This document shows, piece by piece, positions 35,583 through 48,300 of a stretch of DNA of 64,000 nt. Source of the stretch: Stegostoma tigrinum (lineage: Eukaryota); assembly GCF_030684315.1 (NCBI RefSeq), contig NC_081386.1, positions 14,145,914 through 14,209,913 of the forward strand, given 5' to 3'. The notes beneath the pieces were generated by a model that was given only the letters and a program-made list of their open reading frames with translations, was not told the DNA's origin and searched no databases. The position numbers and the translations under genes are program-made. Position 1 is the first letter of the stretch, and each line of letters begins with the position of its first letter.

Positions 35583-37024
35583 TATTTTGTCAAAGTTACA
35601 GTGTGGGAGGACAGCTTGATCAAGTAGAATACCCATCCTGCAGCATTTGGGAAGTCACGGATGCAGCATGTGTCTTAGGCAGACATCTGCTGCAAGGATC
35701 ACCATAAACAGGAGCTTGATCTCTGAATTTCAGATTTCAAGCAGTTGCTGGAGTCACTGCCGCATATCCACGAGACAGAGATTTCAGGCTGTTCCATCAA
35801 AGCCCCTTCTGAGTTACCTGCATAAAAATCAATTCTTTAATAATTGTATTTAATTATCTTTGGGCGATGGAAATTAACTGAGGATTCACTCATTAGACCA
35901 AGACTGAAACTGATTGTTGGTTAAAGAGTTATGTATATAACCTGTAACTCTGTGAATATTTACAAAGGAACCAAAAGACTGGCTTCAGTTCCATCCTTCA
36001 TCATCTGCCTGTGTGCAATATAGCACTTTGGTGTGACTTCATCCTCTGGAGAACAGTCACCATTCCATGGTTCTCCCTGCTCTGGCTCCAGACTACTCAT
36101 GCCCAGTGGCCTACCAGTTGCAGATCTCACCTTTGTGTTAACATACGCACAGCACCAGTAGCTGAATGATAGCTACAAATCTGACATTGTGTGATGGTAT
36201 TTCTATATCATTAGTGCCCTCGCCCCCTTGACCTTTGGGCATCTGTACTACTGCCTGAGAAACTGGCAGTTCTTAGGTATCTGAGAGGAGAAAATTACAA
36301 GTGTAGGCTTGGAGTACAGTGAAAAATGGTGGTGAAAATAACAGATGCATGTTAGTTCCACCTGCAGTGTGTGAAAATTTGCGTGGGGGTGCCTGCTTTC
36401 TGCCATTGCGTGCCATCTTTACTCTTCCTGTAGGTCAAATGTGATCTCCAGCCAGCTTCAGTAAGTGCTTCATTAAGCCTTTAAGTGGTGCAGTTTGAGA
36501 TTAGATTGTATAGGCTAGCTTCTTCACACAAACATGGAGCCTTACTGAGCCATGCAGAACATTTTTTCTGGTGACGTTTAAATTCACAGATAGCTTAAAG
36601 TTTGGATGCTTTCTGCGTAAGTTTGAAAAGATGCATCGTGGAAATGGATGGCCTATGGTGGTTAAAAAGGACAATGTGACGAATAAGCAGATTTAAACCA
36701 GAATGAATGTGGGCAACAATGTTTAAAGAGACTGGCAATAGGAGACTAGTAGTGAGACTATTACTGGATTTAAGTTTGAGGCTGTTAAGGTATTATTATA
36801 TATTTTGTTAACACAAGGATTAATTTATCAGTGGAAGCATAATGTTGAAAGATAGCAACAAGTCATAAGTTTATATCTCAGTGTTAAATAGGATTCTAAT
36901 ATTCCATCAAATATTGTCATTGAAATTTTCATTCAATAATTATATGTATAATATAAATGTCAGCTACTTTTGCTGCACATAAGTTCATTCCATTTGTTAG
37001 TGTTGCCAATGAATATACCTTTAC

Positions 37025-37186
37025 CTTAAACGCTTTTGTAATAGCCAATAAAATCAACCGCACTTGATGAAATCTTCTCATCATTTTTAAAGAACGTAAA
37101 GCTCTGAAGATCCGAGTAACTTTCAAGAAGTGTAGTTCAATGCTGGTTTTGAGATTAGTTCCTTTAACAACCTCTGGAACTAGAGA
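37025..37186 (-). CDS. CATSPER2: CATSPER2 coding exon 5 (S4 voltage sensor)
   Basis: SLVPEVVKGTNLKTSIELHFLKVTRIFRALRSLKMMRRFHQVRLILLAITKAFK; K/R every third residue; 162 bp, phase 0/0. Confidence 0.95.
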
Positions 37187-38670
37187 CTGGTTACAAAAGA
37201 GAATCAGACCAATTTATGTGTTCAATAAACATAGTAATTGTTTTCAGCAAACTTTAAGTTGTGACAAAGCAGTTTTAAGTGAACATAATTGTTGTTTATT
37301 CTCTGAGACCGGTACAATTTTGCACAGATCAAAAGGTTCTGTTTCCAAAGTCCAGTTCCCATTATTTGTCTGGGTGAGACATGTGAGTGAGGCTGTGGAG
37401 AAGGAGACAATGATGACAAAGAAAGGGAATAAATACATAAGATCAAAAAAAATTGTGTAAATTGGAGGGGATTGGGACTATTGAAAATTATATCAGAAGT
37501 AACAAAATCATGAGTTAAATTGAAAGAACTGAAATAAATTCAATATTCAGAAGTTTACAATTCTGAAAGTGAAGAATAGGCAGAAAAAGAGATGAAGTAG
37601 CTATCAAAATCAAGGACCTTTAGTGGATAAGTGAAGTAATCAAACATAAGGAACTAAGCTGCAAATTAACTACATTCGTTGCAATGCAAAAAATACATAA
37701 GGTGCAAATTTCTCCTACAAATGGGAAGAGTATGCAAGGAGATGGAAGTTATTTTAACAAGTTATTTCAATCAACCCAAATATAAACTGTGAAAACTCAA
37801 GTAATTTAGAGTCTGAGTTGGCAAATAGAATGTGAATCATTGCAGCTGGCAAAGGCAGTGTTAATTTTATCACGGTATTCATCAATACCCCTGTCAACTA
37901 ATAAGAAATGGAAGTTGGAGCACTCTGGAAGAGAGCACACACATAATGATCAAGTTCCATGTGATCCTGTAGTTACATACACACAGGACCAGATTTTGGT
38001 GAGTTTACTGCCAATTCCTAATTGCTCTGCAGTAAGTGATGGTGAGCTGCCTTTTTAAATTGCTGCAAAGATTGGGTATAGGGCCAATCACAGTGCCGTT
38101 AGGAAGGGAAATCCAGGACTTTGACCCAGCAACAGTGAAGGAATGGAAATATACTTCCAAATTATATGTGGCTTGGAGGGGAACTTACTTGTATTGATGT
38201 TCCCACACAACTCCTCCCCTTAGCTTTCTGGGTGGTAGATGTCATGGGTTTGGAGGAGCCCTTGTGAGTTATTGCACAGCAGTATACACTCCTATTAATG
38301 TGCAATGGCAGTGAAGGGAGTAAATGCTGTAAGTGATGGATGGGGTACCACTGCTGTTTGACTATATTCATTTAGGCAAATGAAGAATATTCCACCACTT
38401 TCCTAATTTGTGACTTGTAGATGGTAGTCAGACACTGGGGCGGCAAAATGTATATAACCCACTGCAAGATTTCTAGCCTCTGAGCTGCTCATGTAGCCAT
38501 AGTTTTGAAATGCCTGCTTCAGTTCACTTTATGATATTATAACTCCTGGGTTTCTGAGTAACACCACATGATCTCACATCCATGCTGTATAAGTAAAACT
38601 TCCAACAAGTGGAAGCAAATTTAAAGAATTCTAATGGAGTCCTGCAAATTATAAAGATTCTGATTCTTAC

Positions 38671-38843
38671 CGTAATTAGGACGGTCAAGTCAAACACGTT
38701 CCAGCCACTTTTCCAAAAATTTACAAAATCATAAAGCCACCTGAGAATGATTTCAGATGTCAAAACTGAAAGAATGCACCAGTCGATGATCACTAACATG
38801 GTCATTACAGCATGGAACTTTGGTCCTGGTTTGTCAGCAACAT
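38671..38843 (-). CDS. CATSPER2: CATSPER2 coding exon 4 (S2-S3)
   Basis: (D)VADKPGPKFHAVMTMLVIIDWCILSVLTSEIILRWLYDFVNFWKSGWNVFDLTVLIT; FWKSxWNVFD motif; 173 bp. Confidence 0.96.
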
Positions 38844-39673
38844 CTGAGAAAGAGTCATTCAACATAGCATCATAAAAAACTTACATCAAGCGACAAAAAC
38901 ATCTACCTGAAGTCCTGCACTTTTCTTCAAATGGTACAAGTTTTTAACTTTCGTTTATTTTGTTGTACAAATAGTAAGCCAGATTTTTTAAAAAAAACAT
39001 TGAAATGTTCCATTAATTTCCACCGTCACAACTTAATATAGAATGTAATTGAACATAAGCTGCTATTTTCAAATCTTTCAAAATTATAAATAACTTTTGG
39101 AATGATGTGGCCTGCTGATAAAATACAACAACGAAACATGTTGAAAAGTGACCAAGGAATCTTTCTCATGACAGCAAAAGCAACAAGAGGATTTGTCCTG
39201 GTAGCTTCATAGGAAACTGCACACATTATAAGTATCTGATTATTAATATATTGTTTGTGGGGAAATGGGGAGATATGCTAGTGAGGTGTGTGCTAATATC
39301 CATTTCTATAAATGAATAGAAAATTGATCCAACCAAACTACCTCAATTGCACCAGTGCTAAAGGTGGTAAATTTCTATCATTTTGAAATAAGATCTACAG
39401 TTCTGGTCTACAGCACTTGCTTCCCTGAATTTGAAATGGGTTTTTTTATTTCTAACCCACAGAAAGTTTCTGTGGAATGATGAGGAGTAATATTATCTAC
39501 GTGTATATTGCCAATGAGATTATAATTGGAATTCTTCACATCACGCTATTTGGACAAAGACATAATTCCAATTGTAACTTCATCAGTTTCTGTTCAGTTT
39601 TACTACTTCTGTGTTTGTCTATATTGCCAGCATCTTATCTACCATAAAGGAGAAGAAACTAGCTTTCTCTTAC

Positions 39674-39742
39674 CTACTAAAACACCAAATACAATAGTGT
39701 TGAGGATAATAAGATACAGAATAAGGTTTCTGAAAAATGAAC
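39674..39742 (-). CDS. CATSPER2: CATSPER2 coding exon 3 (S1)
   Basis: (S)SFFRNLILYLIILNTIVFGVLV; 69 bp; caaccAG acceptor and G|GTAAG donor. Confidence 0.92.
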
Positions 39743-40877
39743 CTGGTTGACTCTGATCAGGAAAATGCACAGCTTATTTTTTCCAAGCTCATTAATCAAT
39801 TGAATACTGTTCAAAATATCAAAATCATGTTTAAGAAACTAATAATTAAAAAAGATACAATTATCATGCTGAAGGAGTAAAAAAATGATTATGCTCTAAC
39901 CTTATTCTATAGTGGATAATAAATTGCTTTTCGCCACTGGCTTCTTGTTGACTTACATTTTTCTAATTTATCATTTTTTAAAACTTTATTCAAGTCACAT
40001 GAAGTATACAAGAAGTATTGTAACTTTCTTGGTGAAATCTCTACTGCCCTGGAAAATTAAAGCACTTCTTGCACCAAACATGTTGAATACATTCCCAGTA
40101 CAGGTGTAACTTTGCAATTGTATTGTATTGGCAGGACTGTTTCTCTTCAACCACTGAGTATAGTATAATAGCTAATTAGAAAAAGATGCAGTGGTCCTTG
40201 GATACGTTGGATGATGTCCTGGATCAATGGGTAGGTTATCGAATGTTAACAGTTCTCAAAGTGGTTCTTAAAGTTACCCAACTATTGGGAGGTAAGAATG
40301 AGTTCAAGAACTCAAAGAAGGTGATCTGCAGTTTTGAAGATGCAACTTTCAAGTTTCTACTACAGTATATCCTTCACCAAATAATGGCCTCACTCAGTGG
40401 GGAGTTGGAGAGGGAGAAAATCTTCCCAAAAGCAACTTTGACGGAGGTTGCAGAATGAAAAATACACTGAACTGAAAGTGAAAAAAGCTGCTTTCTGAAA
40501 GAACACTCATCCTTATCTCACTTTGCAGTGTACACCTATAGCACATTAGGTATAAGTATTATACGGGAAACATATTCAACCGTATGTAGCAAATGTTTAT
40601 TCTCCAGCATTAAAACACATCCTGAAACACCATGCAATGTGGATCATTCATCTGCACCTTAGATTTCAAGACTTAGGAACATAAGATTCTACTCTATCTT
40701 CCTCTTCTCCAACTCTCGGTATACCCCAGATGTGCTCTAGTGGTCTACTGAGGTGACATTTACAGCATCTAGCAAGGCTCAGTTCTGAGTCAGAAATTTC
40801 TGGTGTCAACTCCTAACCCAGGGAGATGAGCATTTCTAGCCTGGCATTTCAGCGTAGTACTGACATTGTTATGCACA

Positions 40878-41318
40878 TAGAAACATTGAAACTAAGAGCA
40901 GGAGTAGACCTTTTAGCCTTTCAAGCCTGCTCCACCATGACTCAATCTGATCATGGCTGATACTCTATCTCAACGCTATTTTCCTGCTTTCTTCCCAAAC
41001 CCCTTAACAACCTTAATATCTGGAAATTTATCAATCGCTTTCCTGAAATGTATTCAAGGTGCCTTCTGTAGTAGATAATTCACAAGTTTACTACCTTTTG
41101 AGTCAAGGAAGTGTCCCTCACTTTCATTTTGAATGACCTACTCCATTTCCTGAGATTATCACGTCTGGGTCTGGACACCCCAATCTAGGAAAACATCCTT
41201 CCCATTTCTAGACTGTCTAGACCTGTTAGAATTTTATGTGATTCAATCAGATTCCCTCTCATCCTTTAAAATTCTTGTGAATGCAGAACCTGGCAAACCA
41301 ATCTCTCCTCATAGGACA
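40878..41318 (-). mobile_element. Old CR1-type LINE 3' fragment
   Basis: Same pattern as 3985-4520 (gagcaggagtagacc...tcaagcctgctccacc). Confidence 0.7.
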
Positions 41319-41561
41319 GTGAAGGTGGATGAAACTTCAATACAATGCCTTGTCTCCATCCCAAGTTAAATAATGAATTACTAAGTCAGATGGCAATGTG
41401 AGAGTAGGAAAACTTGAGATTTCATGTAGCCACTCCACCTCTTGGACAACATGGCCTAGATAATGTGAGGTAATATTAACTTGTCTCTTGGAAAAACAGA
41501 AATCAATGTCAATTAAGTTTAACCTTAAGAATATTATAAGCCATAGATTGGCTAAGGATAC

Positions 41562-41735
41562 TGTCCAGGATCCATTGCGCCCACATGTTGAGTGGTGGGT
41601 ACTTGACATAACGATTCTGAAGACAGTTTCTCTGTCTGTAATTTGGCGAAACATTTACGTTTCGAACTGGATTAAAATCAAAGCGGACCAATTGCAGAGG
41701 ATCTTCTACCATCAACTTGTTCAGCACCTTTGGAT
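41562..41735 (-). CDS. CATSPER2: CATSPER2 coding exon 2
   Basis: (D)PKVLNKLMVEDPLQLVRFDFNPVRNVNVSPNYRQRNCLQNRYVKYPPLNMWAQWILD, matching mammalian QLVRF...PPLSLWAGWVLE; 174 bp. Confidence 0.93.
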
Positions 41736-42427
41736 CTGAGGGTCAATAAGAAACAATCAACATGTGCTTTTTAATATTAACTTTTTGCAGGTATTTTCAA
41801 TTACTTTCTACAAGTGTCTTTCCACTATTTTAATCTTCACTTTCTAATTATAAATTCATATTTTAAAAAAGTAAGCTTACTCTGCAAGACATTTATATAA
41901 AATGTCAATGCTGACAGTATACTGGATGACAGGTGTTGCAGTTTCCTGCCCCCTCAGCCAAAAAGTCAATGGAGAATGCAACAATATCAGTGTTGGGTGG
42001 CAGATAATATGAAGCAAAGTGTCTGACATCGAAGCAGTACTGGCTGGTGTCTGGTAAGTAACTTGGTGGGAACAAAATAGGTCAAAAAAATTATCTGAAA
42101 GACATCACCTTTTAAGGCGACTTGCTCCAGAGCCAATGATGAGTTTTCATGTTAGGCAGTCAAATTACCTGATATCATTCCAACTAAGCATGGACTTTGT
42201 TGCTTCTATTACGTAAACTTCCATAAAAAAAACTTATTTTACAGTGGTCAATGCTTTCAACAAAAAAATGGATGGAGAAATATCAAATAATTGCATTAAG
42301 CATTCATCTACTCACATCACTAGCATAAATTCTGGCTTTTATAATTTTTTGATCTTGTATTATACTGGCTATAAAACAGCACTCCAATCAGCATGCAGGT
42401 ATCACAATTACTAGAATCAAGCTCCAC

Positions 42428-42651
42428 AAGTTTGCACATTCTCCCCGTGTCTGCATGGGTTTCCTCCAGGTGCTCCGGTTTCCTCCCACAGTCCAAAAAT
42501 GTGCAGGTTAGGTGGATTAGCCTTGCTAAATTGCCATTGTGTTCAGGGATATGTAGATTAGGAGGATGGATGTGGGTGGAATGCTCTGAGTGTTGATGTG
42601 AACTTGTTGGGCTGTTTCCACACTGTAAGGATTCTACGAATTCTACGAACT
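42428..42651 (+). mobile_element. 5'-truncated HE1-type SINE
   Basis: Matches the 3' part of 9605-9926; (ATTCTACGA)2 tail. Confidence 0.85.
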
Positions 42652-44094
42652 CCAAATTGGAGATTGGATTTTGCTCATTGTCATATGTTTCGAGAAAGTT
42701 TATTTCAAGCCTTACTTTTAATAATTAATCATTCCAAATTATGAGGCACAGTTTGGAGAAATGACATTACTTTACACTTCGCTGGAGGCTGTCTCATGTT
42801 TTACAATTTCTGGGCAAACAAAAATCAGATAGGATTACCATTCATCTGCGTTTTTGTTCTGTATCAGGCTACCGATTGCCATCACTGACTCATGATATTT
42901 GACCATGATTTGAAAATAAGATGAAAACAAAATAAACCGTCCTACCAACTTTGCAGTATCTATATTAGTAAACATTTTAGGATGGGTTTCCTCTAGTTTC
43001 TTTTAGCAATTTAAACATGGTAGGAAGAACTGTACTGAAAGAACATATTTTCTATCATGTTGATTAGTAAAAATCTTCCTTCCATCTGTTTTCTCATGAA
43101 CAAATTGCACCCAATGGTGTTGATCTTCATCGTCCTATTGTACAGTAAAATCCTATTCGTCAATTAACACACAGTATATGCAACTACACTAGCCTCATCT
43201 TCTCCAGGTCTGCTTCCTCCCTTGGCTGGTTTATTCATTGAACAGGAAGAAAATTGGGAAATGATACAGCAGTTGACTGCAGCTGAACTAAAGCCAGAGT
43301 GAGCATTGAATGGTCCCAAGACTGCTGAGGGGGGTTTGGAGACCAACAGTAGGACAAGTATCTTTTGAAAACGACCACTATTTTATAATACAATAAGTTT
43401 TAGACAATGCAGTAATCTTTTCTTGAGGCTCTGATTGTAGTAACAAACTATTCAATCTTTTTACCCATATTATTACTTTATAGGTATTTTGTGCAACCCT
43501 TATGCATCACTTCTATTAATTATTTTTAGAGGGTTGTTTGGAATCCTGCTTAGGTCCACTCCCTTTATGTTTGCTTTAACTGCATAGTTGTACAAACCAG
43601 CAAAAATGGACCTTATTGCCAGGTCAGAATGCTGTAATACCGAACGAATAAATTTATTGGACACAAATCATAACGGTGTCTTTACTTTGTCTCCGAATTC
43701 AACTGTTGCAGAGACATAATGGAGGAAAGATTGAGTAACCAGATTTTAAATGTCACCCCCCCATAAATATACATTTAAACAAATATGCACACTTTAAAAA
43801 ATTAACATACATAAACTTGCAATTTCAAAATAATAAAACCAAGAAGATAATAACATTAAAAGATGATGTTATCTTTAGACTGTTTACCCATGTTGATTAA
43901 TAACATGCTTGTACTGCATGGGTAAACATGTGTACCTTGCACTTTGTACACAGGGACTCTGGACTGGTTATATAGTCAGCGCCCCTTAAATTCAAATCCT
44001 CATTTAACTGAGTTTTGTTCAAACTTCATACTTCAGTTTGCATTTTTCATTTCAATAGCAAAGTTGACTTTTTTTTAATAACAGAATCTACTAC

Positions 44095-44266
44095 CTTTAA
44101 CATCATTCATGTTATATTTAGGGTCATTGATGACCAATCCTTGTAAATGGTCCAATAGATTAAAATCCTGAATGAGTTTTGCTCGGATAATTTCAGCCCG
44201 AGGGTTTTCCTTTGAATGGATCTGGGAAACTCCTTTTCTTTCTTGAATTAGTTCCAATGTGTCCAT
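44095..44266 (-). CDS. CATSPER2: CATSPER2 first coding exon
   Basis: MDTLELIQERKGVSQIHSKENPRAEIIRAKLIQDFNLLDHLQGLVINDPKYNMNDVK, matching mammalian LPRADAIRSRLIDTFSLIEHLQGL; acceptor AG at 44277-44276 just before the ATG implies an upstream UTR exon. Confidence 0.9.
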
Positions 44267-45539
44267 TGTCAAAAGCTATTCAACAGAAAGACAGTGTGTA
44301 ATGCATACATTCTGTATGTTTTCAATCAGTAACTTTCTTAAACCCTGTCACCCTCTGAGATATCTGTGACCCTCTTTCACTTTCTTGATTTTAATTGTTC
44401 CACCACTGATGTCTGCACCTTTAGATGCCTAGATCACATCCCTCCACCTCTCTACACCTTTAAATTCCTTTACGATACTCCTTGAAGTATACCTCTGACC
44501 TGTTTTGATATTATTTTTCTTAATAAGGCTCCTGTGAAGTCCCTTGGGATATTTTATTATGTTAAGGATGCTATCTAATTAGAAGTTATTGTTATTGTTG
44601 TAAGGACATGATAATCATTGCCTTCTCAAATAAACATCTGTGATCGATACAAACATGAAAAGCAGAAATTAAAAATTCCGAAAATCAATTTGTTCATTCA
44701 CCAAAAATGTATTTTCAACATCATTGAACTCTTGTGGTTATCCTGAGGCAGGCTATTATTTTTTAGATTTGAAGAAGTACTTTTAATGCACAATAATTTC
44801 TTGTTGTTAATGTGGGCATTATTGTTAGAAGACGAATAATTATTTAATACCAAAACTGTCCTTCTACTTAAAATAAACACATTTTTAGTCCAGTGATATA
44901 ACTGACTCTGCATCCTGTTAAATCTACCTCAGACAATTATTAATCCTAAAAAACAGCAATCTCCTGCTTGCAATGAGTAAATATAAAATGACCACCAGAC
45001 AGTGAATAACCCAGTGCAACAGGATAATATCATATGCGACTTTCTTCAATCAAGACAAATCAAGCAACTGCATTATTTTCATGTAGCAGGCTGAAAACAC
45101 AACAACAGGAAGAAACCAGTACAAGGAAAGAATTTGCATTTATATTGTGCTTTGTCTTTCCAAAGGCTCTTCACATCCAATTAATTACTTTTCCAAGTGC
45201 ATTCCATGTTATGTGGGTAGCAGTCTATTTCTGTAAAACAAGGCCTGCTTTTGCAAAGTCCCACAAATGACAAAGATGATAAATGAACTCTTAATCCGTG
45301 TTTGGCACTATGATTAAGAAAGAAATATTGAGCTGAATCTTACCAGAAATCAATAAAGAGCAACTTTTGTCAGGTTTCAGGGAGGGTTTCTCTCCACGAG
45401 GCTTAATGTATTTTCTTGCACGATTGTTCCAAACCTGCCTGGTTGACTCCAGATATGTGCCCTATAGTGCCCATTCATTAGGCGTTAACCCACTTCTCCC
45501 ACTCACTAAGTCGAAGTACTCACTACGATTGCAGAATCT

Positions 45540-48300
45540 CTGGCACCAGAGCCATGTTTTCTAAACTGTTTCATACCTGGTAGTCCAAAGCTGCCCTGCA
45601 ATGTTTGGAGACATTCACCCGAACTTGGCAGACAAGGTGATATTGGTGCGCTGCTTTATGGACAGGGGTCTGGTGGACTGGGTGGTACAGAGGAGGGCAC
45701 TCCTATTCCCCCAAATCTATTAGAGGAGGCCACAACATCAGACCTTGGCAGTCTTCTCCATGGATGCCATCCGGGTCAGAGTTGTATCCACGCTCTGGCA
45801 AAAGTCCCAGCTAATGGCCTTCTCTGCTTCATCAGGGAAGTCACTACTGAGGACCAGGTCCACTTATGAGGAGACACTGAAACTTCCACGTCACTGAAAG
45901 CAAGTAAGAAGAATTGATCATTGCTGTGCTACTGTCCCACCATCTTCAGTGTGGATGTATTATTATCATGACACAACTTCTCGGTCACGATGCTTTCTCT
46001 CTTTTGTCTTCAGTAGGCCGAAGGAAGATGTCTACAATTTATGCAGTCAAGGTATGGTGCTGTAAAATATGCCCTCCTTCTCTGAGGCACAGATCTCTCA
46101 CAGGAAACATCAGCAAGGCTGGCACTGGCACTCTTCACTGGCTCAGATACTGGCACCTCACTGGTATGTGCTGTAGGTCAGATTCGGGAGCACACACTGG
46201 TGAGCACATCACTGCCATGTCTTTGAAGTTGGACAAGGGACAGAAGTTCCTGCTCACTGGCACGCAGAGGACCCCTGGGAACCAAACATCTCCTCAGCTC
46301 CAGGCAGGAGATGACTCCATAGCATCAGCAATTAGTGCCTTCATCAACATGTTTAAGTAGTCACGGGAGGGGCAGGCAGGTTGGTTGGGGACACTGACCT
46401 TATAGGACTGCAGCAATGTGGTTGGCACCCTGCTGCCTCAGGCATGTGAATGTCTGGCTGCCTCCGTGGGCAGGTCGGTGGCTGCCATGGACAGGCAAGT
46501 CCAGCAGCCTCAGGGTTTGTTAGATTTAAGCCCAGACCTGAATTCTCTCACTCCAACCATTAATGCTCAGCACCTATGCAAGGCAACAGGCTGGTGAGTG
46601 AAGGACATCAATCCAGGTACCCACTGCTCATAAGGTGTCGGGGTGGTGCCTGTGGGAAGAAGAGAACTCAACACAGAAGCCCCCCAGAAGTCTCCTCTCA
46701 GGACTTCAGAGATGACCTGTAGATGAGGAGAGTATACCTACCTATACGTACACACGTGCTCCTGGAGTCACTTGGCCAAACCTCCAAGACCAATGGGCCC
46801 CACAGGTTCCATCCATTCACCTTTGGACTGCACTGAGACGTTGTGGGAGGGAAAGGAAGATATTTTCAGAATAAATATGTGAATTATGTATAAAGTTCCA
46901 TTATTTGTAAATATCTATTTACCTTTCATCATCAGCTGCACATGCGAATGTCTGACTAATTGCAAAGGCGACATTGATGGTACAGAGCCTTGCTATCCTT
47001 CGTAGTGCACGATGTTTGAAACTCCAAGGTATGAACTGACCAGCTCCTGCGCTATATGCACGCAATGAGTAAATGACAGATAATTGCTTTTTAGGAATTG
47101 AGGATCTTTCTGGTAGAGCACTGTCCCATCAAAGTTTGGACATTGACTGTCAATACCCCACCTTTGTTCTGCAGAACATCTTTCCCTTCCATGCTCTATC
47201 ATTTCCCCCCCAACTCCTACATTGAATGGCATCCTTCCCTTTTGTAATCCCCTCTGCATTCCAGCATTCTAATTTCAATCCTCTCAGTTAAGGTGCCCGG
47301 CTTCCCTCTCACAGCAGTAGCCCCGATAGTCTGCCCAGCCCCTTTGACTTTTCGTGGACAGACTATGGCCAACGCCCTTGAGCCACTTAACTGAACAGAC
47401 CTACATGAAGAGTGGCCAGACCCCTAGGTGATATCTATGCAGCTCCCTGTCCATGTTTCTGTGACTCCTCGGACTGGTTGCACTGAATCCACAGGGACTG
47501 CAGAGGTATAGCCCCCTGACCAGCTGACTAACGTAGTCTAGCCCTCAGACTGACACTGGAGGCCATCCTTGGCTTCACTGAGGACAATTCTCAGAGTTTG
47601 AGACCTGTGTGTCTGCTTGCCTGACCTTAACTGGCAGCTGGGGCAGGTATAATACTGACGTAGAATGGTGCCAGACAATGACAGCCCACCCCCTTGTCTG
47701 ATGACAGCTGACAACCATGGCAAGTTGCCTGGCTTTGTGCCTGCTCTGAAAAGCAAGGGAAGATAGAAGGACTGAGGTCTGGTTGAGGGGCCAAAGCGCA
47801 AAAAGACAAGGGAAGGCACGGATGGTGTGAGCATCCAGGTAGGCACAAAGGGAGTGAGAACTATGAGAGCAGCCTGATCCAGTCTACGAGCTGAGTGCCT
47901 GAACAAGTGCAGTGACCTTGCTGAAGCATTCCAACAAGAGAAGCCAATGCACTTCAAAATGTGGGTGTGGGATGCGTGCAGTTCCTGCTTGTAGGATGTG
48001 CACCGGGATGTTGGTGCCTGATATCCAAGATGAGGGTCTAGAGAAGCAAGTGGTCAGCTGGAACTAATAGATACATTCCCTAACTTCCATGTTGGGAATT
48101 CTGACTGTCCCTCCAGTAATGGTAGATCAAAGATTAAATAATAATGAACGTGATAATGAGTGATAATCTCTGTTTATAGCCTCTCGCTGCTCCCTAGTGA
48201 GAAAACCGTTTCAATGTGACCTTTTGGTCTTGACGCTGAGAAGGTCCTTTTCGGATACCTCAACTGAATTTCCCAAATTTCTTGCCACAGCCCAGATCAT
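45540..48300. mobile_element. Possible highly decayed PIF/Harbinger-like DNA transposon
   Basis: GC-richer block; plus-strand 'VQRRALLFP...RRPQHQTL' (about 45680-45750) resembles the Myb/SANT partner protein; minus-strand scraps (GY..., QTIG) near 47300-47520 resemble a HARBI1-type transposase; no TIRs identified. Confidence 0.35.
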
